A stretch of 64,000 nucleotides of DNA from the human T2T-CHM13v2.0 reference genome, Homo sapiens, in assembly GCF_009914755.1 (NCBI RefSeq), contig NC_060937.1; one strand, 5' to 3'. How positions within the stretch are numbered: the stretch's first letter is position 1; every line of letters begins with the position of its first letter. This document shows, piece after piece, positions 45,813 through 58,700 of the stretch. Under the pieces are notes generated by a model. That model was given only the letters and a program-made list of their open reading frames with translations, ran no database searches and was not told the origin of the DNA. Position numbers and translations under genes: made by a program.

Positions 45813-48800
45813 TCTTCAGATTTTTTAATGCTGGCCTTGAATTGGTTTTCCCGTTTTCTTCTCTCTGTTTTGATTCCCTTCATTCTTTAGTGTTTGGTCT
45901 CTGTGGAACAAGAGTTGTTCATTCTGACTATCCCAGACCTTGCATCAGCCCTCCCATGGCTTGATGTTCCTGTTGTTTTCTTGAGCTCTCGAGTGATCCG
46001 TTCTTGAGTGAGCTATGACTTTGTCTCTTTCGTGCTTTTCCCTAGTATTTGAATCCTTTTAATTAAGGTGTTTATTGGAAAGGATACTTTAATAGTACTT
46101 TTTGTTTTTGTAACGCAAGTTTATTATGCTAATGCTTTCAAACCAATGTGTTCAATAGAGATGAAAAAAGAAAACTAATTCCTCCATAAGCATGTTTATT
46201 TTTTTTTCCTCACCTAAGACAAAGCTAATGCTCTAAAAGGTTGTGAGTCTCCTTACTTATGTCTTTACCCTTGGACAAGGTAAAACAAGTTATAATGGAG
46301 GGTGTTGTGGGTGTGACTGATGTTTATTAGTCCCTAGCAAATTAGTAGATGTTTTGTCTCCTGATACCTCTGGCTTTGATTCATGTTTGCTCACTACAGA
46401 GGGGCCTCATGGACTTTCAGGATGGCACTCATTCATCGGAGAAAGCATTGGAGATTAGTACATAAATCTGTTGTATTTATTTTATCATTTGTTTGGTTTA
46501 AAACATACTTTTCCTGAGGGATAAAACGTCCTCCCTTTTTTCTGTGTTCTAATTGGCATCAGCTTCCGTGTATTTCAAGGCAGCTGCTTAGTGAGGAAGC
46601 GCAGGGGGCGCTGAAGTCCAAACACACCCTCGCCTGCTCCCTGACTCCTCCACAATAGAAGAGAGCAATGACCAGTAGTTGGAGGCACTTTACTTTTTTA
46701 TAAAATAAACTAATGTAAACCCAGCTTTGGACACATTGAATAATGACCCTTTTTCAGGCTCCAAATGAACTGTCTGTTTAAACAGCTGGATATGTCAGGG
46801 AAAAAAATCAAGTTTTAACTTTTATTAGATCTCTCCTGTTTAGTTCACACCAACTATATGTGTCTGTCATGATGAGAGTGCTTTATACAGGGTGTGAGTG
46901 AGTAGTTACCTTTCTTCCTGCTGGAACATTGGAGAGGACCGGGGCCCAGTGGCTGAGAGCTAAGGTCAGAGTTAGGCAGAGCTAGGTCTGAAGGCCACTT
47001 CTTCCACTTAGCCCCAAGCCTCAGTTTCCCCTCTGTGAAACAAGGATAATAATACTATATACGTCACACTCACGGGACTATAAGAGGCCACCTATGGAGA
47101 ATAATTAGCTGGGTGCTTGATGCAAAACAAGCATCAACCAACAATAGCCACAATGATATAGTTACCATGTTTTTCAGTTTGAGTTCCCAGGTGGATACCA
47201 CTGATATTAGATAACACTGATATTACACACCACTGGTATCTGTAGATACCACTGTGGTTAGCTAACAGTGAATGTAGACACGACAGTGCTTCATCAGGTA
47301 GACATCAGACTTGGAACATGCCTCCATCTTTCTCCAACCAGAACCCCTGCGAGGGGGAAACAGAGCAAGTTAAAATACTGCAAAGCTTTGCATTTAGAAA
47401 CCGGAAAACAGATGCACAGAGCAGTCTGCCTCTGTGTAAATGCACATTGTAATCAGTTTTCTAACGCTGCCTTTACAAGGATGAGTTAAGTGGTTCGTTG
47501 ACATATCATTATCACATTCTGAAGATAAACAGCCACAGGATCTATGAACTCTCATCAGGCAGTTAATTATTCTTGAATTTTTCTGCACTCTTGAAACATA
47601 TTCTATTTATTTAACCGTCCCCTGGGAGCCCTGGTCGCCTTTGTCCCTGCCACACGGCCAGTGGTGTAAAACCTCTGCATCTGTCAGATTTCTCCATGTG
47701 GAGCGTAATTGCCTGATTTCCATTTGAAAGTACAGCCCTGACATTAAAATGACATAGACCCACCAATGATAACAATGGCTTCCTGACACCTACCAGAGGA
47801 GAGGGGGCGAGGGGGCATAATGCAGGAATAAATAAGTGCATGAATGAACGCTCGCCTTCACGGGGCCAGGTCTGAATTTACAGCTGCAGATGAAGTGTTC
47901 CTTGGGAGCAAACAAAAAGAAAGAATGAAAGAATAAAAGAAAAAGAAACCAATAGATTAGCATCCGCGTGAGTCTGTTGGAGCCAGATGGCTCTCTGTGG
48001 AGAGCGAGCTGGCCTGCTTTCTCCCAGTAACCCTGACCAGCAGACAGCAAGCCCGCTACACGGGGAGAGAAATGATCTCATTCCTCAGCCGGGCACGTGA
48101 GCCGCCTTCTTTCTCTCACACACAACTCGAGCTGAAGGGGAGTTGGAAAAGAGAGAAAGGGTGAAAAAGAAAGGGCGGGGGAGAACGGGTGATTGTAAAG
48201 AACAAGCAGGTCCTCGTAGCCCAGAGGAAGAGTGAGACTCCAGGCCTTGGCCAGCCCTGAGCGTCCAAGAACTGTCTCCAGATGTCCACGAAGGAGAAGA
48301 CAGGGAGACAGAGGGGACACCCGACACATTGTTGTCTCCTCCACACACATCCGTGAACTTCACCTCCACGATCCAATGTTGCCTGGAAGGCTTGATGTGG
48401 AGAGGCTGAGAGGAGCGGCGCAGGCTGCTGTAGAGGCCATGGGATTAAGTTCTGTGCCCCACTGGAAAGGGGCAGTGAACAATGTTTTCAATTCTTCCTA
48501 ATGACAATGTCTGCCTGTCTCTGTGGGCCACAGGCGAATGAGTCTGTCAGTCCTCAGCCTGCAGGACCAGCCATCTGCTGGGATCCTGGTCTGCCATGCT
48601 CCTGAACAGGTGCCTGAGATGGAGGCAGCTGGAGTAAGGGGGCGGTCAAATGAAACTGACAGGTTGTAGGTGTGGGAGGGCTCCTATCCTTGAAGATTCT
48701 GAGGCTGAGAGGGGCTTGGTCTGGGGTCATTCTGCCTGCTCTGCTGAGCAAAGCATTCACTGCTCGTAAACAAGTCTGTTGTCTGGAGTGACAGCCACAC

Positions 48801-50019
48801 GTGGGGGTTGGTGGACATCAGACAGACCACCAGATGCTGGTGTTAGAGCCTAGCACTTGCAGATGTGTGCAGAGGTGCAGGCCTCCTTCAAGTGAATCTG
48901 CCCTCTTAGTGAGTGTTCACACACCCAGCTTGGTACCAGGGCTCCTGAGGCCTCCAACCCAGAGAAGCAGACTAAGAGAGAATGAAGGTGCCCGTGCGAG
49001 TGAGTGCTGGGGGCTCACAGAGCACTTCGTCAGCCTGGCTAGGTTGCTTGGGCACCTGAAGCTTGTCTCCAGCAGTGTTTACTCAAAAGAATAAATAGTT
49101 TCCAGGGTGACACCAAATGCGGGGAGATGTAGTCATTCCTTTAAAGCTGGAAACTATTATTTTACTCCTAATAAATATTGAGCAAAATTCTCTTCATTTT
49201 CAGCCCAGGATGAGGGCACCTGCTTCACAATTCCTGGCAGTTGTCGGTACAAATGAACATTAAGCTGGCATATTCTATCAGGGCCAAGGAAGCAAAGCAA
49301 GCTGCCAGCTGGGGGCTAAAACCACAGGCTCTGGCTTTTCTTCTTTCTAAAAATGAAACAGAAAGCCACCACCCCACCAACTGTTTTGCTCTTTATCTCC
49401 CAGGCAATGCTACCACATAACAGGGTTCCTCGTTCTGTATGGGATTCTCACTCACAGCAGAGCTAAGGATTTCAAAGGAAACCGTATCACTAAAGTAACA
49501 AGAGCGTGAGCTCCAACATCGTTCCTTGCCTCCACTTAAGCAGGGAGATCAGTCACTCAATAGGAGCATTTAAGAAAATTTTAAAATGCTAGCATTTAAG
49601 GAGCACTTACCAAAGTGTCGGCCCTGCCTCTAAGCGTTTTGTGGACATCTCAGGTAATCTTCATGACAACCCTATGCAGCAGGTTCTCTGATTACCCTTA
49701 TTTTACAAATAGGATGCCAAGTCCCAGAGATGTTAAGCAACTTTGCCAAAGTTGCACAGCTAGTCCCGGGTCCATACCACCAGGCTTTCCCACCTCTTTT
49801 GATGGTGTAATAACTGAGCTTTAGGCTCCCTATTTTGGCTGCTCACCAGTGGTGCCATCTTGGGCTACTAAGTCTCCCTGAGTTCCCATTTCCTTGTCTG
49901 TCAAGTAAGGACTGGAATAGTGGTCTTATAGGGTTGCTGTCAGGAGCAGAAGTAATGTGTAACATACATGCATGCAGGGCCAGTGCCCGGCACATGTTTG
50001 AGGCTCCATAAATGTTAGT

Positions 50020-50265
50020 ACAGATGGTCCCCTGATGGTTTGATTTAACAGTTTTTCAACTCTACAGTGGGTTTGTTGGGAAGTAATCCTGTCGTGTGTC
50101 AAGGAGCATCTGAGTTAAGCTAGTTTGATTTACAGTTTCAACTTTACCATGGGTTTATCAGGATATAAACATTTTATCAGGATATAAACCTGATGCATTT
50201 TTGTATTTTCAGCTTACAATGGGTTTATCTGGACAGAACCCTCATCGTAAGTGGAGGAGCATCTG
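50020..50265. mobile_element. TcMar-Tigger non-autonomous element (Tigger5/MER47B-like)
   Basis: Termini (ta)cagatggtcc ... gaggagcatctg; internal gggtttatc motifs. Confidence 0.65.
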
Positions 50266-51142
50266 TGGTTATTACTACTGTAAGCATTGTCATTATCTTT
50301 GTGCTCTTAGATTTCACTGAATTCTCACACGCACACATGCACACATAAAACTATGAGGTAGGTGGGGCAGCTGTCACTAACCCCATTTTATAGCTGGTGT
50401 ATCAGGTGGTAAAGCTTGGGCAAGAACCCCCATCTCTTGACTCTGCACTTTGTCTAATCTGAGCTTGCTGTTTCCCGCTGGACTGCAGGTCACACCTGTC
50501 CATTTCTAGACACCAAACACAGTTGCTGTCTAGAAAGATTGCAGCAAGGAATTCAACCCTTGTCACTTTCCCTTTGTCTCCAGGCCCTGGGATTGGCTGA
50601 AGACAGAGCCAGGTCCTGCCTGTGCCCTCCTGGGAATTGCTGAGACAGTTAATGCCTCTTGGGACAAGTAAGGTACTAGCTTAAATGGATCACAAGCTCC
50701 TGTGTGCCCTTAAGATTTTCGTTAATGTCTAGGTCAAAAAAAATACTTATTTTCTTATCATCACGAAATGCAGATGCATAGCCCCATCTCATGCCTCGCT
50801 TCTCCTAGTTGGGATAGCCTCTGAGAACATTTCCAACACTCTTCTTTGCAGAAGGTATTCTGCACCTACAGCTGGAAGCAGGAGACGAACCGGCCAAAGG
50901 TGTCTTGGCTGTGCTCTGCCTTCTTTCCTTAGCTTTCCTAACTCTGCCTTTCCGGTGATTTTCATGTTTTCCCTTTCATTTTACATTCAGAAAATCTCTG
51001 GGGAATGCAGCTTTTGTTCTGTTGCTTCACGTAATTCCCAGGGCAGGGAATGAAAATTATTTGCTTTCACAACTTCTGGCTGAGTGCCTTTCACAGCCTG
51101 GCTGTGTTCTGGGGTGATTTATAAACTGCAGAGCCTGGGTCT

Positions 51143-51232
51143 CTTTCCTCCTCCTTTTCCTCCTCCTCCTCCCCCCCCTCCCCCTCCCCCTCCGCCTTCC
51201 CCTCCTCCTCCCTTTCTCCTTCCCACCACCCT
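51143..51232 (-). repeat. Polypyrimidine/polypurine tract, G-rich on the minus strand (GGAGGGGGAGGGGG...)
   Basis: Directly visible CCT/CCCCT tract. Confidence 0.93.
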
Positions 51233-51490
51233 TTAAAACAAGGTGAGCCTCCAGAGTCAGGGTGTCAGCCACTGGGGCTCTTGTTCAGGCAAAGGTTCAG
51301 TGGAACCATAGTGATGAGAGCTTGAAGCCATTCATTCCTGTTAGAAGAAGACAGAAATAGGCCTCAAGGCCGAACTTACGTCTCTGAGAACAAATTTGAC
51401 CCAAAATCTCAAAGTTTAGGGTTGGCTTTGAACTAAGAATATAAAAGCACATTTTCCAAACTTGTCAGGATTGTGTTTCATTTCTAGACT

Positions 51491-51496
51491 TTTATT
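51491..51496 (-). terminator. Poly(A) signal AATAAA of the GUCY1B2 terminal exon
   Basis: TTTATT on + strand, about 130 nt past the CVLL stop codon. Confidence 0.7.
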
Positions 51497-51625
51497 CTCA
51501 AAGGGATGATGAGGAAGAGACACGGCTTAAGAAGTTTTGAGCTGAGAAATGAAAAGAAGTCACTTTTCTTTGCTGCCACAGAACTAAGTAGGGGGAAAAT
51601 TAAGCCCAGGGGTTCATTTAACCTG

Positions 51626-51771
51626 TTACAACAAAACACAGAAACCAGACGGCAAAGTGTCATTTGCAAGGTGATGTGTCTTTGTCGGAGCTGAAGGCTG
51701 TCGCCGGTCGGCTGTCTCCATGGAGTCCCCATCTGGCCCTGCACTCCCCACAGGGATGATTTCATCAGGAG
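51626..51771 (-). pseudogene. GUCY1B2: GUCY1B2 terminal exon, coding part: (A)PDEIIPVGSAGPDGDSMETADRRQPSAPTKTHHLANDTLPSGFCVLL*
   Basis: Acceptor cccctctgtgttctttcag, phase 1, open frame to TAA (51626-51628) ending in CVLL. Rodent sGC beta-2 is known to end in the CaaX motif CVVL. Confidence 0.85.
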
Positions 51772-52089
51772 CTGAAAGAACACAGAGGGGTGAGCAAGTG
51801 ATCGAGCCTCAGACTGTCTGTCTGGGCCAGACCCTGGGGAACACGTGTGGACACTACGGGCCTCCTTTTCTACTCAGTGTGATCCTGGACAGGAAGAATT
51901 CTTCACAGCCAAGGCCAAACAGCCCGGACAGACCACTGCCTTGTGGCTATATGAGTTCTTTGAACTGCCCTGTGCCATCTTTTTGGTCATACCCACATCT
52001 TTGCTTCTGCATAACTCACACAATAGCACCAAGTCTCCTTGTCTTCTGGCCTGTGGCTGTCTGTGACTTCTGAGCAGCAGACACGGAGG

Positions 52090-52280
52090 CTGAAGGTCAG
52101 AGCCAGCATTGCCACTACTTGACCTGTAACCCTGGATGAGTTACTGAAGCTCTCTGGGCCTCAGTTTTCCTCATATGAAAAATGGAGAAATAACACCTGC
52201 CCTCCAGGGTTGTTATGATCATTAAACTAGATGATTTATACCAAGTGAGTCACGCAATGCCCCATAGAGCACAAACTCAA
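52090..52280 (+). mobile_element. MIR fragment
   Basis: MIR core ctctctgggcctcagttttcctcatatgaaaaatggagaaataac; boundaries approximate. Confidence 0.7.
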
Positions 52281-53151
52281 AGATGCCAATTAGTATTTCT
52301 AAGCATGGGAGGGAGCCCTGGGAGAAGGCCCTGGAGAAAAACCGCCTCCGGGACTGTGAGCCAAGGCAAGAGAGAGAGTGGGATCAGAGAAGGAATGGGA
52401 TAGAGGCCGGGTGGAGGACACTGAATCTATCTCCTCCCGCGTTCCCTGCAGTTTCATTTGGAAGGGCAGCGTCTGAGATTTTAAAGTCATATATCATTGC
52501 CATTTCCTTTTTTAAAAATATAAATCATTGTCCCAGAGATATTCAAGTTCAGAAAGGCGCATGTATTAGGTCTGAGGCTCACGTACATCTAGTATTATAG
52601 AAAGCGGGAAATCAAGAGGGGCTCCTGTCTTCGGCCTTCTCTTCCCAAAATAATGGATGACTTTTTTTTTTCCACTATTAGAGGCTGTTAGCACTCAGAC
52701 TTCATCCTGAACCTGGATTAGTGATCGGTTTTGTTTTAAGATCCTAAGAGCACAAACAATGAGACAGAAACAGGCTCCATTCGCTAATGCACTGCTCATT
52801 GAGGAATGTCAGTGATGACATACATGTGGAAAATTTGGGGCTACCAGACCTCTCCCCAGTCTCATCTCAGTCTCAGGCCCAGAATGAGGTGAAAATTGGA
52901 GAGAGGGCCCTGGAGCAGAGAAAGGGGGATTCCTGGGACATGTAGGGCCATGTCACTGAGGCAACTTCCAGCAATGATTTACAGGAAGCGTTTAGCTCAT
53001 GCATATATTGGGGCCAATCTGAAAAGGAATCAAGGTTCATGAAACTCTCAACTGTGACATTTTATAGGGTATGGCGCAACCAGAGTTAGCTAAGTACAGA
53101 TATCATTAGCTATATGTTCATTTGATTGCTATTACATATTCTCTCTCTCTG

Positions 53152-53191
53152 ACACACACATACACACACACACACACACGCACACACACAC
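53152..53191. repeat. Interrupted (CA)n microsatellite preceded by (CT)n
   Basis: Directly visible. Confidence 0.93.
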
Positions 53192-55738
53192 GACTGAATT
53201 ATATTCAGCAGTATTTTATGCTCTTTGGAAACTGTTACTTATTCAGATACAGGGTGTTTTGTTTTTGCTTTTTGCTGATTCTCTACTAATTTTATTATTC
53301 CCAATACTCTCTTTCATTTTGAATTATGGAGTTTATTGCAGTATTGTATTTTTTGAGATGTAAAAACTATTATAATTAGAACTAAATTTTTCAAAAATGG
53401 AAACATGCAGGTTAAATGATAAAAATAGTGTATTTGTGAAATTTGGGTTCCGTTTTGTTTTGTCATCATAGCAAATAGAGAAAAAATGAGTTGATTACAG
53501 ATGGAAGTGTAATTTTTTTCTGTTGAGAAGACCTGGTCATCTGCCTCCACATCCATCACCACCCAACAGCACTACAAAGAGCAGCTGAACTCTCCCCCAA
53601 TACTCCTCTGTGCCCCAGTTTCTCCAGATGTAAAACAACACCACACAACACATCTGTCTCCCCCTCAACTCAAAGAAATGTTATAAGAATCTTTGAGAGA
53701 AAAAAATATCCACAAAAGTGTTGTGATCCCAGAACTTATTTGTTTTGTATGTTTGTAATTGTATGAAAAGTGGAGGTCACTCTAGTGAAAATGAAAACTG
53801 AGCTGGAAAGGGCTGGAATTGCTAAAATGAGCAGAAATACGGTAAAGGAAACCATTCCCTGTACCCAGCAGCTGTCAGGCTGTGTTCATGATCTGCTCTT
53901 GCTTCCTGAGAGCACCATGATTTCTTTGTAACCAAAAGGAATAATCTATTTTCTGGCCTAACCTCTCATAAGGTATTTTGGAAGTAAGCTCAACACTAGG
54001 AAACAATATTTTACAGATATCTTCGTCTCCTCTTTATTCAACACTCTAATTTTTTCCCCTTGCAATTTCTCTTCTCAGAAATGTAGCTTTTCAGCGTTGA
54101 TTCATCTCTCCTGCCTCATAGCACATTTTTCTCTCTTCTAGCCTGACCATTTTTCATTTCTCTCACTTGTATCTTAACTGGATCTTCCATCTCCTCCACT
54201 TCTACTCCTATTTCCTTTAAATTCATTTTCTTCTTTCCCTTTTCTCTCCCTAAAGAGTGAACAGAGAACAGACAGAAAGGACAATCAGCTAGGACTGTGC
54301 TGAGAAAATGAACTGAAACAGCACAGTGAAAGTTGGACAAGCCAAACCTGACTCCATCAATTTGGGTTGATGCCTCTGACAATTCAAACAAGACTTGGTC
54401 AGCGCAGAACTGCAAGGCTGTCTTGGAATTTTCACACATATATGTTTGACATTCTACTCCAATTCAGTTCCACAATCCAGATGCTGGAAGAATTTTGTTT
54501 ACTTGAGATGGATTCTCGTCCATCATCTTTCGCTCCCACAAAACCATTGTTCACAACCCCCAAGGACTGCCTATGAGTACCATCATTTTGTTACAGTTAA
54601 TGCTCATTGTTGTGCACAGTTGGGAAATGTAGCCTTCTGGTTAATTACATTTTCCAATTAATAGAAATTACAAGGTACATCTTCCATGTGTTGCTGACAT
54701 CTAGACACCTGGGATACTCTAAGCACCAAAGCTAACTTGAACAAGTTTAGTCTTTCTTGGAAAATTTAGAGGAAACTTCAGGACTCATGGAACATCAAGG
54801 GTACCAAAGTGTGTTGTAGATGTGGGTAGTATAAGATAATTGGGATTTTCATTTGGTACAATGTAAAAGTGGTTTGGGGGTATGTAATAGCACAAGTCAC
54901 ATGGGAAATAAGGGTACCATGTGAAGCACATTATATCTTTTTAAAATTATCCTCCTCAGTATTATTAAGTGTTTAAATGTTCAAAGGAAAGAAATTCATG
55001 CCCTGCCAGATTACAAAACAGTATATACATGACAATTCCATTTTTGTAAGAAAAAGCATGTCTGTATACACATATACACAGCCTCCCATATAAAAGTCAG
55101 GGAAGATATGACCCATATTTTAATAGTAGTCTCTCTGAATGATGTAATTATAGGTGCTTTGGTTTTCTTCTTTTGGTTTATCCATACTTATTAAAAATTA
55201 AATATTTCTTCTATAATACAAATAAACAAATAGTCTTTAATTGGAAAAATCACATAGCTCAGTATTAAAATCAGCACAGAAATCTATCTCAATGTAGATC
55301 AAGAACAGATTAAATGAAAAGAATGGTTGCAGAAGAAATCTTCCCATTTGGAAAACACCTATCATGTGAGATTGTCAAACACAAACTTGGAGGCTGGGGA
55401 GTTGGGGGTGGTAGTGGCTGCAGCGATAGCAGCATGGAATGTGAGGAAATGCTGTTGCCTTGGGGAATAGAGGTGGGATGTGGATCATCACCTGTTATCA
55501 CAGGCAGGCTCTATGAGTCATACACGATATGATATGGGGTTACAAGAAGGATTCTTACATTTGCCATTAAGATAATCACTTCATAGCATTTCTGCATCTG
55601 TTTCTAACCTTCTAAACAGAATAAGATATGGAAGACCACATCTTGGTTTCAACACTGATTCTCCACGACTGGGGTGGAGGGTTTGGCCTGAGCCTGAAAT
55701 CAGGCACTCAGTCTTCTCCAGGGCCCTGCACCACCACG

Positions 55739-55784
55739 GCTTCACCCCATTCACCGCTTCACCCCATTCACCGCTTCACCCCAT
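55739..55784. repeat. 17-bp tandem repeat gcttcaccccattcacc, 2.7 copies
   Basis: Perfect copies at 55739-55755 and 55756-55772, plus a partial third copy. Confidence 0.9.
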
Positions 55785-58700
55785 CCTGGTCCTTGACAGC
55801 ACAGGGCCTGTGCCACCGTCCCACCTCTCTCCCCACCCTGGACTGGCCTTTGCTCTGTGTGGTCTCCACTTGTGCAGAGCCCTGTACCGCTCCCACTTGC
55901 TTCCATCTCAGTTTTCCCAGCGTTCACCCTCATCCTAGAGGAAGAGCAGGGGATGTGTGAACAGACAAAAGAGACACAAATTCCAAAAATGAAATTTTAG
56001 GGGAAATTCTACCAGTGAGTGTATACTTCTACCCTAGCGATACAAAGAGTGCAGTGGCATTTCCAGGATGAGGGAAGGGGTGGCTGTTCTAGGATCACAC
56101 TGCCTGGTTGCCTCTTTCCATCCATGAACAAAAGAGGCCATGCCGTGCAGGAAATAAATTCCCAGCTTCCAGAAGTCCCCACATTTTCCAGAGACCAGAG
56201 CAGATCCTTGCCTATTCTTGTTTCTGCTGTTGCATGCACCTTGTCTAAGAGGTTTTCCAAATCCCAGTGTGTGTTTCAGCATCACTTGTGCACACTGTCA
56301 TGCTGGAGCGCCCTGCACAAGGCTGGGAGCCTGACTTCCCATGTGGATTCCTCTGTCCCATTTGTCTGAAGCTCTTCGCACACAACAGATCATATTTAAA
56401 AAAAAAAAAACAAACCTCTGCAGTACCTCTTACAGTTTTGTGTTAAGACCCATATATTTGTTAAGCGAATGAATGCCCAAGTGACTCAGCAGTCCGCACA
56501 CCTGACACTCTGCTGTTTTCAGGTGCTACATACTATCTCATCTATTTCTCAAAGCAACCCTGTGAAGAAGGCCCGCCATTACCCCTGCCTTCAGGATGAG
56601 AAAAATGTCTTGAAGAGGACTTGCCCGAAGTAACACACAGGTCGCTGACTGCCAGGACCTGGAATTCTGATTTCAGTCTATTGCCCTTTCCATCACGATG
56701 GTGATCCCCAAGCCAGTTGGCTCATCAGAATCCCCTATAAAGTTGGTTAACGAACCAGTCACAGCCCTACTGCAGACTTGCCAAATCCCTCTCAGGTGAG
56801 GCTCAGCCGTCTATACTATGAACAGGTTGTTCCACAGATGGTCTGGCTGCCCTCCCACCCATGCCGCCTGTGCTGACCAGCTCTGATTTGACATCTGGTC
56901 GATGCTATCAAGGGTGTCAACACAAAACTTCAAGGCTAGCCCTGACACTGAAAATCCTATGTTCCTCCATTAGTCACCTCCTTGTGTGTGAAGAGTTCAT
57001 TTATACCTCCCAGGATCCTCCTTCTGTAGGAGCTAGGTTAACGGCTCAACTTCTAGAAAACCCAAGGTTAAAAATAGCTGTGACACTCATTAGCCCCAAG
57101 GGGGAAAGGTCAGCAAAGTTTGACAGCCACACTTAGGAAGGACTGAGAGAGGCTGCAGAAAGGGCTCGGAGCTGAGAACAGGGACCCAGCCTTCCTTAGA
57201 AGCCTGGCTCCAAACCAGCTGGGCCCCCCCTAATTGGCCAAATCTGGGAAAGGTGCTCGTATAGTCACGACTCTGTAAAGCAAGGGGCAAGGGCCCTGGT
57301 AATTAAGTGACCACAAACCCATCCAATAATTACTCATCAGGGAGACTGCAAATGGTGGAAAAGTTCTTCCTGTTTGGAAGAGTGAGTGAAATTTGGAGGG
57401 AATCAGCAACCCAACCCCTCCAGCAGCAGACCGCTAAAGTCTAACCTCATCAGGAGAGAGACCCTCACCACTCAAGTTCTCCAGAGGAACAATTAGGAGT
57501 TGCTTGAGAAGTCCCCCAAGCTGACTTAACCTGCCATGAACCCAGCAAGCAGACGCCCTCTGACTGTGATTTATAAGGAAGGGGTCGCCTCCAGAGAGGG
57601 GCCTGGGCTGCTTGCCTAAGTGCTGTGTGCAGGTCAGCCTGGAAACCATTATTGTCATCAACAGGAGGATCAGTTAGGAGACAAGTTGAAGCAAGTTGAA
57701 ATTTGAAAAACACATTAACAGCGGCCTGACGAGATGCCAGAAGAGTCTGCCAGCAGGGACAGCTGGAAGGCCAATTTCTGAGTCAATACTGAAAGGTGGT
57801 TGCTTAAATATCTGAGTCAACACACACTGATTTCTCTCCGGCTCAATACTCCCGTTTAATTGCACTGGGGAGTCTCTCCACTGACAAATCTAACACCAAG
57901 ATATATAGTTAAGTGAAAGAAAAGCATGTTATTGAAGTGCAAATGAGGTCCTCCATGCAGCCTGCAGGCCTGGGTCCCGCTGAGCGCTCCCTACTGCCCT
58001 GGCAGAAGGTGGTTGGGCCTTGCAGGGACTCCCTGTGGCCCCCTTTTTAAAGAGGGTCGAGATACGCGTGAGCCCCAGGCCTCAGCTGGCCAGCAGAGAG
58101 AAGTCTAGGTGCGCTGCAGCTGCACAGGCTACCAAGACTCTGAGATACTTTGTCAGGATCCACGGTCCTCTCCGGGGAGAGGGGGCCAGGAGTGCCCGTT
58201 TCCCACCCAAGAGGGCCAAGTCAGATGGAATGGTGTGGCACTGAAGAGCCATCATGTTTGGCAGCCAGGTGACCACCTGGTGAGATTGGTGGCAGAGATG
58301 ATGAATGAAGCAAGTCTTGAACGTCCACCCAGCTGCCTGGAGCCTGAGAAGCAGGTTGGTCTCTGAGGAGTCCTGACAGGTCATGGCTACTGATGCAGAC
58401 ACTTCCCCATCGCGATGCCCACATAGGGGCCGGGCAGGATGGCCCAGGGGTAGTGACGAGGCTGGGGGCTCCCACAGTGACCCTCTGGCAGCCTTCACTG
58501 ACTTCAGAGCTAAGCATGATATAGGAGACCTAGCTAGACCTGAAAACCCATGAGAACCGGGACCCGAACCACAGTGAAGAGGCAGCTCCCATGAGCAGGT
58601 GGCATGAGTCCTCCACTGCTAAATTCTATGTCTGCTGCCAACTGTCAAAGATGAGGAAGAAGCCCATGTCAGTGGTAAACCCAAACTCAAATTACTGGGG

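Noticed and set aside
47600-49100. GC-richer region with many overlapping short ORFs, a possible hidden gene or promoter
   Set aside because: No recognisable protein similarity, no consistent exon chain, and CpG density too low for an island. An enhancer cannot be excluded from sequence alone.
51057-51272. Arg/Gly-rich protamine-like ORF
   Set aside because: It derives from the CCT/CCCCT simple repeat.
51484-51783. 99-aa minus-strand ORF over the GUCY1B2 terminal exon
   Set aside because: Wrong frame; the splice-phase-consistent frame is the one ending CVLL*.
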